Source: Sediminicola sp. (GTDB lineage: Bacteria > Bacteroidota > Bacteroidia > Flavobacteriales > Flavobacteriaceae). From it: a stretch of DNA of 64,000 nt. Every line of letters begins with the position of its first letter. Positions within the stretch are counted from its first letter, which is position 1. The notes beneath the pieces are model-generated. The model did not search any database. It saw nothing but the letters and a program-made list of their open reading frames with translations, and was not told where the DNA came from. The stretch lies in assembly GCA_024643325.1 (NCBI GenBank), contig JAHEND010000002.1, positions 172,269 through 236,268 of the forward strand. The letters run 5' to 3'. Shown here in pieces: positions 28,992-39,509 of this stretch. The position numbers were made by a program, and so were the translations under genes.

Positions 28992-30782
28992 TTAATAATA
29001 CGCTTTAAGCGTCTTAAAGAAGTTCATTAAAACGCCTTCATTTTTTGTTCTAGGGGTTTTTACTTCCAAAAGGCTAGGTCCATTGTTTTGTTGAAAAAAA
29101 GTAGTTAATTCATTTGTTAAACTGTCTTTGTCTTGAGCGCTATAATATTTAAATCCGTGTAAGCTACAAAGGGCCTGAGCACTGAGGTCGTGAACCGTTT
29201 CAAAATAAGTCTTAAAATCTTCACTATCCGACTTACCTGGCAATACTCTAAAAATACCTCCACCTTGATTGTTGATCAGAATAATCTTAAAATCCTTTGG
29301 AATGTACTTATTCCACAAACCATTGCTGTCGTAAAAGAATCCCAAATCGCCTGTAATCAATGTTGTTTGCACTAGGGAAGCCACACTAGCACCTATAGCT
29401 GTAGCAGTGCTCCCATCAATCCCAGAAGTTCCTCTGTTACAGTATACGGTTACAGAAGATTTCACAGAAAATAATTGTGCATACCTTATGGTGGCGCTAT
29501 TGGCTAAATGTAATACCGTTTTGTTAGGTATAGCTTTTAGTAAATGATAAAACGCATAAAAATCCGAAAAAGGACAAGAGGCAGTATAGGTGTCAATGTG
29601 GGCCTTATAACTATCTTTGTAGCGAAGTGCACGTTTTTTTGGCGTGTCAATTGAGGGTATTTCGTGAGAAATAGGCTTGTGGAAAGCTGGACTAAAAAAT
29701 GCATCGGCCGTAGGCCTAAAACAAGTGAAATTGGTGAAAAATGGATTCACAACGATCTCATTTTGTATCTGCCAATGTAGTTTTGGGGTGTAATGGTTTA
29801 AGAAATTTTTTATTTTTTTTGAAACTACTGCCCCACCTATAGTCACCAAAAGATCTGGCGATAATGCATGCCCAATAGCTTCCGCGTCCAAGTGAGTTTC
29901 CATTGGGGCAATAATATTATCTATACTGTCAATAAATTCTGGATGGTGTACATTAGAGGTGGTTTCTGTAAAAACCAATACTCTAGGATCTTTAGAAAAC
30001 CATTGCACCAATTCATTGGATAAATAATCCGGTGCATTTGGATACAAAACACCTACAATAATCATAATTCGTTCTGCACTATCCCATTCAGCCTTTAATT
30101 CAGGGTCAGAGAGTGTTTTATTAACGGCTTCATGGCTTGAATGAGACACATAAGTTTCTGAAACCAGAGGCGCTAAAGCACTTTCACACAAAGGAGCTTC
30201 TTGATATAGTGGCTCTTCGAAAGGGGTATTTAAATGAATGGGTCTATTGGTAGCTTTCAACTGAGTAAATGCTGTAGCTAATAAAGCATGATTTTTGTGG
30301 CTAATGACTTCTTGAGTATATTGTAAGTCCTTAGGCATAAAGCGATTGTAACGTTCGGTGGCATGAGAAGCATCTTGAATTAATGGGGTAGAAAACACTA
30401 CGTGCTTGCCATAAACACCCTCTTGCTTAATGGTTTGTCCATAGCCCTTGTCTATGAGATATGAGGGCCTGTCTGCAGAAATTACGATCAGTGGAATTCC
30501 TGAATAATAGGCCTCCGAAACCGCGGGATAATAATTCAATAACGCACTTCCTGAGGTACACACTAATACGGTGGGTTCCTGATTTCTTTGCGCTAAGCCC
30601 AAGGCAAAAAATCCAGCAGCGCGTTCATCTACAATACTATAGCAATCAAAAAAGGGGTCTGCTAGAAAACTGATGGTCAATGGAGCGTTTCTAGATCCGG
30701 GAGAAATAACTATCCTAGAAATACCCTGTGCTTTACAGTGTAAAACAACGGTTTGCGCTAAAGGAATACTAGAATATTGCAT
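28992..30782 (-). CDS. menD: SEPHCHC synthase (ThDP-dependent)
   Basis: SPGSRNAP, DER, CTSG, ADRP, NRGTSGIDG, GDL..YD.N, NNQGGGIF. Confidence 0.95.
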   Translation of the reverse strand: MQYSSIPLAQTVVLHCKAQGISRIVISPGSRNAPLTISFLADPFFDCYSIVDERAAGFFALGLAQRNQEPTVLVCTSGSALLNYYPAVSEAYYSGIPLIVISADRPSYLIDKGYGQTIKQEGVYGKHVVFSTPLIQDASHATERYNRFMPKDLQYTQEVISHKNHALLATAFTQLKATNRPIHLNTPFEEPLYQEAPLCESALAPLVSETYVSHSSHEAVNKTLSDPELKAEWDSAERIMIIVGVLYPNAPDYLSNELVQWFSKDPRVLVFTETTSNVHHPEFIDSIDNIIAPMETHLDAEAIGHALSPDLLVTIGGAVVSKKIKNFLNHYTPKLHWQIQNEIVVNPFFTNFTCFRPTADAFFSPAFHKPISHEIPSIDTPKKRALRYKDSYKAHIDTYTASCPFSDFYAFYHLLKAIPNKTVLHLANSATIRYAQLFSVKSSVTVYCNRGTSGIDGSTATAIGASVASLVQTTLITGDLGFFYDSNGLWNKYIPKDFKIILINNQGGGIFRVLPGKSDSEDFKTYFETVHDLSAQALCSLHGFKYYSAQDKDSLTNELTTFFQQNNGPSLLEVKTPRTKNEGVLMNFFKTLKAYY

Positions 30783-30832
30783 GGTAACAAAAGTAGGTGC
30801 TAATCATTAAATTAAAAAAAATAGGCGGTGTA

Positions 30833-31969
30833 TTAAATGACTTTTTTTATGGTTTGGGCTTTTAATATGGTCTCTTCCCATTCCTTCTCTGCATGGGAGC
30901 CAGAAGTAATTCCTGAGCCCACGAAAACAGTGGCTAGTCCAGATAGGTATTCCATACACCTTAGATTGACATATAAATCTGCCTCAATAGCATGGAGCCC
31001 CTTAAAACCCAAAGAAGGTTGAGCCAAATGGCTGTATACAAGCCCTAAGTATCCCGCGTAAAATTTGCGGTCTACAGTTTCATTTTGCTGAATAAAATCA
31101 TGCGCTTGATCTCTAGGAAGGCCACATATTGCTGGTGAAGGGTGTAAAGCGTCTATTAATTCAGTTAATGATATAGGACCTATTTGAGCTACATTAATAT
31201 CTGTTTTAAGATGAGATACTTGGCCAGCATTCACCTGATAAGTGTTGGTTTTATTTACCTCAAGGCCTAAGGCGGTGAGGCGTGTCTCAATGTCTTGGGC
31301 AACCATGGCTTGCTCCTCTATCTCTTTTGAAGTCCATTTTTCAGAAAACAAGTCAGCAGAGGTAGCATCTCTTTTAATAGTTCCTGCTAAAGCAGCTGTT
31401 TGTAAGGACTTATTTTCTATTTGCAACAAACGCTCAGGAGTGGCCCCTATCCAAGTGCCTAAAGCGGGGTGATGCCATAAATAACAAAAAGCACTGTCAT
31501 AACTGGACAACAAGCCCTCAAATATGGCTACAGGAGTTTTGGTTGTTTCAAAAGAAGCGGCACGCGCTAATACTACTTTTTTAAATTGATTACGCCCAAT
31601 CTCATCTAAGGCGCTTTGTACCAAATTCACATGGGCTATTCTCAAAGTGTCCGAATGCTCAGATGTATTAGTAAGCACTTTTTTATGCAACTCTAAAGGG
31701 ACTTTTTTTTGGCTTGCAGAAGTAAATATTGGCTTAAAAGTAGCACTCATATAGCCATCAGGCTTTAATAAGTAGGGCGCTTTTTCATGAGAATATGTGG
31801 CCATGACAAAACCAAAAGTGGCATTAGAGGTTAAATGATGTAGTGCGTCCGTCTCTTGCCACAGCAAATGAACCTGAGCCTCATTTGGAGATTTAAAAGC
31901 TACAAAAGGTAATCCCTTATTAAAAAAACCCGCTATATTATCTAATAGATCCTCTATTGCGTAGGTCAT
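30833..31969 (-). CDS. menF: Isochorismate synthase
   Basis: KVVLAR, GATPERL, ALAGT, LHPSPAICG, NLRC, GSGI, EWEET. Confidence 0.88.
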   Translation of the reverse strand: MTYAIEDLLDNIAGFFNKGLPFVAFKSPNEAQVHLLWQETDALHHLTSNATFGFVMATYSHEKAPYLLKPDGYMSATFKPIFTSASQKKVPLELHKKVLTNTSEHSDTLRIAHVNLVQSALDEIGRNQFKKVVLARAASFETTKTPVAIFEGLLSSYDSAFCYLWHHPALGTWIGATPERLLQIENKSLQTAALAGTIKRDATSADLFSEKWTSKEIEEQAMVAQDIETRLTALGLEVNKTNTYQVNAGQVSHLKTDINVAQIGPISLTELIDALHPSPAICGLPRDQAHDFIQQNETVDRKFYAGYLGLVYSHLAQPSLGFKGLHAIEADLYVNLRCMEYLSGLATVFVGSGITSGSHAEKEWEETILKAQTIKKVI

Positions 31970-31974
31970 ACCAA

Positions 31975-32391
31975 CTAGTTTCTTGGAAGGGCAATAGTGG
32001 TTAGCTTATTAACAGATATTAATTGACCTGCCTCATCAGTAATTTTTATATCCCATAATTGCGTTGTTCTCCCTTTGTGAAGCACCGTGGCTTTTGCGTA
32101 AACAAAACCAGAGGCAATACTTTTCACGTGGTTTGCCGCAATTTCTATGCCCCTAACTTTATAATTTTTAGCATCTAAAAATAAAAAGGATGCCGCACTG
32201 CCTACACTCTCTGCAAGAGCCACCATGGCGCCACCATGCAATACACCGTCTGGTTGGTGTACCTTTGGCCCTACTGGCATTTTAGCCGTTAAAAAATCTT
32301 CTCCAACGTCTACATAAGAAATCTCAAGTGTTTCCATTAAAGTATTGGGACACCTGTCATTACACGCTTTAAGAATGGTTTCTTTGTCCAT
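31975..32391 (-). CDS. menI: Hotdog thioesterase, probable DHNA-CoA hydrolase
   Basis: HQPDGVLHGGAMVALAES; heads the men cluster. Confidence 0.75.
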   Translation of the reverse strand: MDKETILKACNDRCPNTLMETLEISYVDVGEDFLTAKMPVGPKVHQPDGVLHGGAMVALAESVGSAASFLFLDAKNYKVRGIEIAANHVKSIASGFVYAKATVLHKGRTTQLWDIKITDEAGQLISVNKLTTIALPRN

Positions 32392-32462
32392 GTTTTTTTT
32401 AGTAAAATTAAACAATAATAAAGGACTGACACAATTGTATATCTTTGATTTAACTAATATTT

Positions 32463-33011
32463 ATGTTCATGTTACCATTAGAAAACCATTGGGTTCGTTT
32501 GGACCCCTTAAGCACAAGTCACACAGACGAGCTTTGGGAGGTTGTAAAAGATTTAGATATTTATAAATACAGTCCAAACGACCTGAGTACAAAAGATCAA
32601 TTAGCCGCTTATATAGCCTTAGCTGTAGCGAATGAAGCGGCTGGAAAAGACATTCCCTTTGCCATTTTCAACAAATTATCTCAAAAATATGTAGGTAGCA
32701 CTAGATTTGGATACATAGACCTATACAACAAAACACTTCATATAGGATGGACATGGTTGGCAAAAGAAGTTCAAGGCACAGGACTCAATAGTGCCTTAAA
32801 ACACCTCATGCTTTCGCATGCATTTGAGGTCATGAAAGTGCGGAAAGTTATTTTTAGGGTAGACGCGCTCAATATAAGATCCAGAAAGGCGGTAGAGAAA
32901 CTTGGGGCAACACTAGAGGGAATTCTTAAAGAAGATGTGTTTGTAGCCCAAAAAAGAATTAGAGACACCTGTTGTTATGCTATATTCTCACGAGATTACT
33001 CTTCAAAATAA
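32463..33011 (+). CDS. RimJ/RimL-type GNAT acetyltransferase
   Basis: IGWTWL, QGTGLN, NIRSRKAVEKLGATLEG. Confidence 0.85.
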   Translation: MFMLPLENHWVRLDPLSTSHTDELWEVVKDLDIYKYSPNDLSTKDQLAAYIALAVANEAAGKDIPFAIFNKLSQKYVGSTRFGYIDLYNKTLHIGWTWLAKEVQGTGLNSALKHLMLSHAFEVMKVRKVIFRVDALNIRSRKAVEKLGATLEGILKEDVFVAQKRIRDTCCYAIFSRDYSSK

Positions 33012-33910
33012 ATAATCTTTCTGGTCGTGTAAGTATTGTCTGGGGTAGTAATTTTTTTAATCCAATTTTTAAAAGGACTTCCATCTAATTGGTACAAATT
33101 TTTCTTTGTTTGACGCACTACTCCCCTTTCAAAAATCTGTTCAATTGGATGGTTATTATTGTTGTATTTTGTCCTTAAGGACGATGCCTTCTTTGGGACA
33201 TACAAACTGTCTTTTTCTATATAAATGGTGTTGTGAAGTTCAATTTCTAAGCCCTTTTTATTGAACATTCGTTGTTCCATGGAGCTGGGTATTCCGTTGT
33301 CAAATTCTTTTATATTCAACTGGGTCAAAGTTCCACCAGCCTTAAAAAAAATAGAATCTATTTGCTTTAAAGGCACGCTGTCTTGCCAATAAGCAGTAGA
33401 TTTTATGGTGCGTAAAGAATCCCACTCATGGCTAATTAAAGTAATAAAACGACCCTGTGTATTTGTTCTCACCACTCTGTTTAACTGCCCAATGCTATCA
33501 TAATTATAGATAAATTGCGCTACAAAAGTTCTGTCATAACCAATGATTTTTTCTTTGATTTTAATTTGTGGCACGCTGTCATAACTGTAAAAATTTGCCA
33601 TTGAAGTGGCTTTATCCAACACCCCATTAACATAATTTTCTATCCTTCGCTCTACTAGCTTGTTTTTTTCATATTTGTAGTAGGTGGTTTCACTGTCATT
33701 TTCTCCAAAAACGGTTGCCGCTTCTATGAGCTGGCCAGTTTTGTTAAACTGGTATTGCTCTTGTCCGTATTTTGTAAACACAAAACACGATTTCACAGGG
33801 CCTTTTAAATCAAAATCTGACCGGTCATAAGTGATTATTTCTTGAGACCACACCATTATATGGATGAAAAGAAACCCTATAAAGAGAGACATTCTAAAAT
33901 GAGATTGCAT
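32996..33910 (-). CDS. Exported hypothetical protein with YD-like beta repeats
   Basis: Signal peptide VWS-Q; LKGPVKS, YNYDSIGQL, NWIKK..TRKIIY. Confidence 0.7.
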   Translation of the reverse strand: MQSHFRMSLFIGFLFIHIMVWSQEIITYDRSDFDLKGPVKSCFVFTKYGQEQYQFNKTGQLIEAATVFGENDSETTYYKYEKNKLVERRIENYVNGVLDKATSMANFYSYDSVPQIKIKEKIIGYDRTFVAQFIYNYDSIGQLNRVVRTNTQGRFITLISHEWDSLRTIKSTAYWQDSVPLKQIDSIFFKAGGTLTQLNIKEFDNGIPSSMEQRMFNKKGLEIELHNTIYIEKDSLYVPKKASSLRTKYNNNNHPIEQIFERGVVRQTKKNLYQLDGSPFKNWIKKITTPDNTYTTRKIIYFEE

Positions 33911-33933
33911 GATGTAAAGGTAATGTATTGAAC

Positions 33934-33963
33934 AAAAAAAGGCAGCCGTTTGGCTACCTTTTT
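33934..33963 (-). terminator. dnaK terminator
   Basis: Minus strand AAAAAGGTAGCC-AAAC-GGCTGCCTTTTTTT. Confidence 0.85.
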
Positions 33964-33983
33964 ATAGTGTGAATGGAAAGTAA

Positions 33984-35891
33984 TTATTTTACTTCTTCAA
34001 AATCTACATCTTCTACATTATCTGTATCTGCACTCGCATTAGGCTGAGAACCAGCAGCACCAGCATCTCCACCTGAAGCACCAGCTTCTGCCTGAGCTTT
34101 ATACATTTCTTCAGAAGCAGCTTTCCAAGCCTCGTTAATTTTGTCTAAAGCTGGCGTGATTTGTGCCAAGTCTTTAGTTTCAAAAGCTTTTTTAAGCTCC
34201 TCTAAAGCAGCCTCAATTGGAGCTTTTTTATCTTCTGAAAGTTTTTCCCCAAATTCTTTGAGTTGCTTCTCAGTTTGGAAAATCATTCCATCTGCCTCAT
34301 TGAGTTTGTCTACTGTTTCTTTTGCTTTCTTATCAGACTCTGCATTGGCCTCTGCCTCTGCTTTCATCTTCTTAATTTCCTCTTCTGTTAAACCAGAAGA
34401 AGCTTCTATTCTAATGTCTTGAGTCTTGTTAGTGGCTTTATCTGTAGCAGATACTTTAATAATACCATTTGCGTCAATATCGAAGGTTACTTCAATTTGA
34501 GGTGTACCACGTTGTGCAGGTGGAATACCATCTAAATGGAATCTACCGATAGTTTTATTGTCTGTAGCCATAGGTCTTTCTCCTTGTAATACATGTATTT
34601 CAACCGATGGCTGATTGTCTGCAGCAGTAGAGAAAACCTGTGACTTCTTAGTAGGAATGGTTGTATTAGATTCTATAAGCTTAGTCATGACACCCCCCAT
34701 AGTTTCAATACCTAATGAGAGTGGCGTTACGTCTAACAACAATACATCTTTAACATCTCCAGTTAATACACCCCCTTGAATAGCTGCTCCAACGGCAACT
34801 ACTTCATCAGGGTTTACCCCTTTAGAAGGCTTCTTACCAAAAAATGCCTCAACAGCATCTTGAACAGCAGGAATTCTTGTAGAACCTCCCACTAATATAA
34901 TTTCATCTATATCACTTTTAGATAAACCAGCAGATTTAAGCGCAGACTCACAAGGTGCTATAGTTCTTTTTACCAAATCTTCAATTAATTGATCAAACTT
35001 CGCTTTGGTAAGGGTTCTCACTAAGTGCTTAGGTCCTGAAGCAGTAGCAGTTACATAAGGAAGATTAATTTCTGTCTGAGCAGAAGAAGACAATTCAATC
35101 TTCGCTTTCTCAGCAGCCTCTCTCAATCTTTGAAGCGCCATAGCGTCTTTTCTTAGGTCTATATCTTCTTCAGATTTAAACTCGTCTGCCATCCAATCAA
35201 TGATTTTCTGGTCTACGTCATCTCCACCTAAGTGAGTATCTCCATCAGTCGCTAAAACTTCAAAAACACCATCTCCTAATTCTAGGATAGAAACATCATG
35301 AGTTCCTCCACCGAAATCGAAAACAACTATTTTTTGTTCCACATCTTTTTTATCCAATCCGTAAGCCAAAGAGGCTGCAGTAGGCTCATTAATAATACGC
35401 TCAACGGTTAAACCTGCGATTTCACCTGCTTCTTTGGTCGCTTGCCTTTGGGCGTCATTAAAATATGCTGGAACTGTAATGACAGCTCTAGACACAGACT
35501 GACCAAGGTAATCCTCAGCGGTCTTTTTCATTTTTTGAAGGATCATTGCAGACAATTCTTGCGGCGTGTATAAACGTCCGTCAATGTCTACTCTAGGCGT
35601 GTCGTTGTCTCCTTTCAATACTTTATAAGGCACACGTCCAGCTTCTTTGCTAGATTCTGAGAATTTATTTCCCATAAATCTCTTAATAGAATAGATGGTT
35701 TTGTGAGGGTTGGTCACTGCTTGTCTTTTAGCAGGATCTCCCACTTTAATTTCACCACCTTCTACAAAGGCTATTACAGAAGGAGTTGTTCTTTTTCCCT
35801 CAGCGTTTGGAATTACAACAGGCTCATTACCCTCCATTACTGAAACACAAGAGTTTGTTGTTCCTAAATCTATTCCGATAATTTTACTCAT
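33984..35891 (-). CDS. dnaK: Chaperone DnaK
   Basis: [31 protein letters not shown]. Confidence 0.99.
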   Translation of the reverse strand: MSKIIGIDLGTTNSCVSVMEGNEPVVIPNAEGKRTTPSVIAFVEGGEIKVGDPAKRQAVTNPHKTIYSIKRFMGNKFSESSKEAGRVPYKVLKGDNDTPRVDIDGRLYTPQELSAMILQKMKKTAEDYLGQSVSRAVITVPAYFNDAQRQATKEAGEIAGLTVERIINEPTAASLAYGLDKKDVEQKIVVFDFGGGTHDVSILELGDGVFEVLATDGDTHLGGDDVDQKIIDWMADEFKSEEDIDLRKDAMALQRLREAAEKAKIELSSSAQTEINLPYVTATASGPKHLVRTLTKAKFDQLIEDLVKRTIAPCESALKSAGLSKSDIDEIILVGGSTRIPAVQDAVEAFFGKKPSKGVNPDEVVAVGAAIQGGVLTGDVKDVLLLDVTPLSLGIETMGGVMTKLIESNTTIPTKKSQVFSTAADNQPSVEIHVLQGERPMATDNKTIGRFHLDGIPPAQRGTPQIEVTFDIDANGIIKVSATDKATNKTQDIRIEASSGLTEEEIKKMKAEAEANAESDKKAKETVDKLNEADGMIFQTEKQLKEFGEKLSEDKKAPIEAALEELKKAFETKDLAQITPALDKINEAWKAASEEMYKAQAEAGASGGDAGAAGSQPNASADTDNVEDVDFEEVK

Positions 35892-35942
35892 GTCAATATA
35901 TTTATTTTGTTTGCAATCCTTTTAAGGTTCCCCAACCCTATT

Positions 35943-35982
35943 TCAAGTATTATGCCATGATAAAATTGCTGACAAGCTGACA
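35943..35982 (-). promoter_or_regulatory. Putative dnaK promoter: TGTCA-GCT-TGTCA box plus sigma54-like TGGCAT-AATAC-TTGA
   Basis: Box 35982-35970, 12-nt gap, -24/-12-like element 35957-35943; same geometry at clpB. Confidence 0.6.
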
Positions 35983-36105
35983 GTTTTATGTTTGTAAACC
36001 ATTATAAATGGTAACTTATTGACATAAAAACCCATAGAAATCTGTCAAAAAGGGTGGGATTGAATTATACTTTTTACGGAAGGGTTATGTTATACCAATT
36101 ACAAT

Positions 36106-36153
36106 ATGAATCTGTAGCATCCTAAAAAATACTTAAGGATCCTGCAGATTCAT
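36106..36153. repeat. 18-bp imperfect inverted repeat
   Basis: ATGAATCTGTAGCATCCT-N12-AGGATCCTGCAGATTCAT (16/18 complementary). Confidence 0.7.
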
Positions 36154-36229
36154 TTACACTTTGGCTAAAAAATCATTGAAACAAAACATATCTTTGTAAT
36201 GTTCAAAAGACAGTGAACCAATTGAATGT

Positions 36230-37660
36230 ATGCCTATGGAGTGCATCAGTATTTTTGATATGTTAAAAATTGGCGTGGGGCCTTCTAGTTCTCATACCTT
36301 AGGTCCATGGCGTGCTGCCGAAAGGTGGCTTTCTGAGTTATCAGAAAAGACTAACCTTTCACAAATAACCCATATAAGGGTATCCATATATGGTTCACTC
36401 TCACTGACCGGTAAGGGCCATGCTACAGATTACGCTCTAATGCTAGGCCTATCTGGTTATGATCCTGTGCACATTCCCACGGAAGAAATTCCAGCTGCTA
36501 TAGCAGCTATAAAGGCAAATAAATCTCTCCTCCTCAAAGGGATGTTTCCAATTAATTTTAATCCAGAAACGGATTTGGTGTTCGAAAAAAATTTTTTGCC
36601 TTTTCATGCCAATGGCATGGAATTTCATGCCACCACAACTAATGGAACAATTCATTCAGAAATCTACTACTCTATTGGTGGTGGTTTTGTAGTAAAAGAA
36701 GCCCAAGAAAATGCCAAAGAGAATAAAGTTCAATTCAATAGTTTCCCCTATCCAGTAGAAAAAGGAAAGGCATTATTGGCATATTGTAAAGACACCAATC
36801 TCTCTATTTCTTCATTGGTCCTAGAAAATGAAAGATCTTTGAGGTCGGACAGTGAAATTGACCAAGGGATTCATGATATATGGAACGTCATGTTGGCTTG
36901 TATGTACGAGGGTTGCCACACTGAGGGTAAGCTACCAGGGGGCTTAAACGTGAGAAGAAGGGCTTTTGACCTTCATTTAACCCTCATAGGACAAAGGACA
37001 TATAATAACAAGGAAAGCTGGCTGAATGAAATTAGAAAAACAGACGTTAAATTTAGAGAAATCTTAAAATGGGTAAGCTGTTTTGCACTAGCAGTGAATG
37101 AGGTAAATGCAGCTTTAGGAAGAGTTGTTACGGCCCCTACAAACGGTAGTTCGGGAGTAATACCTGCGGTACTCATGTATTATTTGACTATTGAAAATCA
37201 CGAAGGATCTTTTGATGAAATTAAACGTTTCTTGTTGGTTGCTGGAGAAATTGGCAGCATTTTCAAAAAAGGAGCTACTATTTCTGCTGCCATGGGAGGC
37301 TGCCAAGCAGAAATTGGTGTTTCCTCTGCCATGGCAGCAGCTGGACTTACTGAATTATTAGGAGGAACTCCTGAGCAAGTGCTTATAGCTGCTGAAATAG
37401 CCATGGAGCATCACTTAGGAATGACCTGTGATCCCATTGGTGGTTTGGTTCAAATTCCTTGTATTGAAAGAAATTCTATGGGTGCCATTAAAGCTATCAA
37501 TGCTGCGGAACTCGCTTTAAACTCCAATCCTGAAAACGCTAAAATTCCTCTGGATAAAGTAGTAGAAACTATGTGGGAAACAGCCAAAGACATGAGCAGT
37601 AAATACAAAGAAACCTCTACTGGAGGTTTGGCTGTTGGTGTATTTTTGAGTGATTGCTAA
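36230..37660 (+). CDS. sdaA: L-serine ammonia-lyase (Fe-S, single chain)
   Basis: [30 protein letters not shown]; TATCTTTG box at 36189-36196. Confidence 0.95.
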   Translation: MPMECISIFDMLKIGVGPSSSHTLGPWRAAERWLSELSEKTNLSQITHIRVSIYGSLSLTGKGHATDYALMLGLSGYDPVHIPTEEIPAAIAAIKANKSLLLKGMFPINFNPETDLVFEKNFLPFHANGMEFHATTTNGTIHSEIYYSIGGGFVVKEAQENAKENKVQFNSFPYPVEKGKALLAYCKDTNLSISSLVLENERSLRSDSEIDQGIHDIWNVMLACMYEGCHTEGKLPGGLNVRRRAFDLHLTLIGQRTYNNKESWLNEIRKTDVKFREILKWVSCFALAVNEVNAALGRVVTAPTNGSSGVIPAVLMYYLTIENHEGSFDEIKRFLLVAGEIGSIFKKGATISAAMGGCQAEIGVSSAMAAAGLTELLGGTPEQVLIAAEIAMEHHLGMTCDPIGGLVQIPCIERNSMGAIKAINAAELALNSNPENAKIPLDKVVETMWETAKDMSSKYKETSTGGLAVGVFLSDC

Positions 37661-37746
37661 TTAATGATCCTTACCCAGATATAATAATGATCATTTAATG
37701 GGATTTTGTAGAAAACAACTTACTTTTATAGCATAAAACTTTAAAA

Positions 37747-38565
37747 ATGTCTGTAGCTAAAAAAGACTATAAGAAAATTACGGTCCAATCTCTCACGGAG
37801 ATGAAGTCTAATAGAGAAAAAATATCTATGCTTACTGCATACGATTTTACCATGGCTCGTATTGTAGATCAATCCAAAGTAGACGTAATATTAGTAGGTG
37901 ATTCTGCCAGCAATGTCATGGCAGGACATGAAACCACACTTCCCATTACGTTAGATCAAATGATTTATCACGCTTCTTCAGTAGTTAGAGCTGTTTCAAG
38001 AGCTTTAGTTGTTGTAGACATCCCTTTTGGAAGCTATCAGAGTGACCCTAAAGAGGCCTTGAGATCTGCCATTAGAATCATGAAAGAAAGTGGGGGTCAT
38101 GCAGTTAAATTAGAAGGTGGGGAAGAAATTAAAGAATCCGTAAAAAGAATTCTAAATGCGGGTATTCCAGTCATGGGTCACCTGGGTTTAACCCCACAAT
38201 CCATCTATAAATTCGGCACATACACGGTTAGAGCAAAGGAGGAAGAGGAAGCAAAAAAATTAATTGAAGACGCCTTACTGCTTGAAAGACTCGGTTGCTT
38301 TGCAATTGTTTTAGAAAAAATACCCGCCACCCTTGCAGCAAAAATAGCTGCTCAATTAACTATTCCGGTTATTGGTATTGGCGCTGGTGGTGAGGTAGAC
38401 GGACAGGTCTTAGTTATTCATGATTTATTGGGAATGACAAAGGAATTTTCTCCAAGATTTTTAAGGAGATATATGGACTTATACCATGGAATGACTGAGG
38501 CCATTGGATCCTATGTAAATGACGTAAAGAGTCGTGATTTCCCGAACAAGCAAGAGCAATATTAA
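37747..38565 (+). CDS. panB: 3-methyl-2-oxobutanoate hydroxymethyltransferase
   Basis: [34 protein letters not shown]. Confidence 0.97.
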   Translation: MSVAKKDYKKITVQSLTEMKSNREKISMLTAYDFTMARIVDQSKVDVILVGDSASNVMAGHETTLPITLDQMIYHASSVVRAVSRALVVVDIPFGSYQSDPKEALRSAIRIMKESGGHAVKLEGGEEIKESVKRILNAGIPVMGHLGLTPQSIYKFGTYTVRAKEEEEAKKLIEDALLLERLGCFAIVLEKIPATLAAKIAAQLTIPVIGIGAGGEVDGQVLVIHDLLGMTKEFSPRFLRRYMDLYHGMTEAIGSYVNDVKSRDFPNKQEQY

Positions 38566-38602
38566 GGCAACATCAATATTTTTCTTGCCAAGGAATATAA
38601 TT

Positions 38603-38680
38603 ATTCTAGTTAAATATTGACTTAGACCATTCTAGAACAATTATGACTAAGATTATTCTAATTGAATAAATAGTATGTCT
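38603..38680. repeat. Degenerate 26-bp tandem repeat (about 3 units)
   Basis: ATTCTA at 38603, 38629, 38655; units 1 and 2 match at 18/26 positions. Confidence 0.45.
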
Positions 38681-38800
38681 TTTGGAACTAAATTAAATCA
38701 GTTAAGCGTTATACTCTTCTAGAGCAAAAAATAATGTGCCTTTTGTGGCAATTTATTTTCAGGTATATTTTACTGTTTCAACCCATTTAAACCTTTTTTT

Positions 38801-39478
38801 TTGAATTCTTTAGATATATTATACGAAGACAACCATCTGATCGCTATTAACAAAAAAGCGGGAGAGTTGGTACAAGGAGATAAAACAGGAGACACTCCCT
38901 TAAGTGAAACGGTAAAAGCTTTTATAAAACAACGAGACCAAAAGCCTGGAAATGTTTATCTAGGGGTGCCCCACCGATTAGATAGACCCACTTCTGGAGT
39001 TGTAATTTTCGCGAAAACTTCGAAAATACTTCCTAGAATGAATGCGCTTTTTGCTAGTCAAGATGCGCACAAAACATATTGGGCTTTGGTACAACCTTCC
39101 CCGAAAAATAAATCTGAAATATTAACACATTGGATGGTTCGAAATACAAAACAGAATAAATCTTATGCCCACAAAAAAGAAGTCCCTAATGCTAAATTGG
39201 CTAAACTTAAATACAGTCTTATCAAAGAGCTAGACAGATATACCCTTTTAGAAATACAATTATACACGGGTAGACACCACCAAATTAGGGCACAACTATC
39301 TGCTATTGGTTGTTGTATAAAAGGAGATTTAAAATATGGCGCTTCAAGATCTAACCCTGACGGAAGTATTCACCTGCATGCTAGGCATTTATTCTTTGAA
39401 CATCCTGTTAAAAAAATAGCTATTTCCATCATTGCACCAACCCCAAAGGAAGCTCTTTGGGCAGCCTGTGAGAGTTAG
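38801..39478 (+). CDS. RluA family pseudouridine synthase
   Basis: HRLDRPTSG, TGRHHQIR, GDLKYG, LHA. Confidence 0.92.
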   Translation: MNSLDILYEDNHLIAINKKAGELVQGDKTGDTPLSETVKAFIKQRDQKPGNVYLGVPHRLDRPTSGVVIFAKTSKILPRMNALFASQDAHKTYWALVQPSPKNKSEILTHWMVRNTKQNKSYAHKKEVPNAKLAKLKYSLIKELDRYTLLEIQLYTGRHHQIRAQLSAIGCCIKGDLKYGASRSNPDGSIHLHARHLFFEHPVKKIAISIIAPTPKEALWAACES

Positions 39479-39509
39479 TTGAGCTTGTTTTGTATTATAA
39501 AAGCCAGGC

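Noticed and set aside
32996-33910. RHS/YD polymorphic toxin
   Set aside because: Short, has a Sec signal, no RHS core motif, toxin tip or immunity gene.
35892-36229. CIRCE/HrcA operator upstream of dnaK
   Set aside because: No TTAGCACTC-N9-GAGTGCTAA match; the 36106-36153 inverted repeat has unrelated sequence.
38746-38761. TGGCAATTTATTTTCA as a third sigma54-like promoter (rluA)
   Set aside because: The -12 position lacks G and no 13-bp box lies 12 nt upstream.
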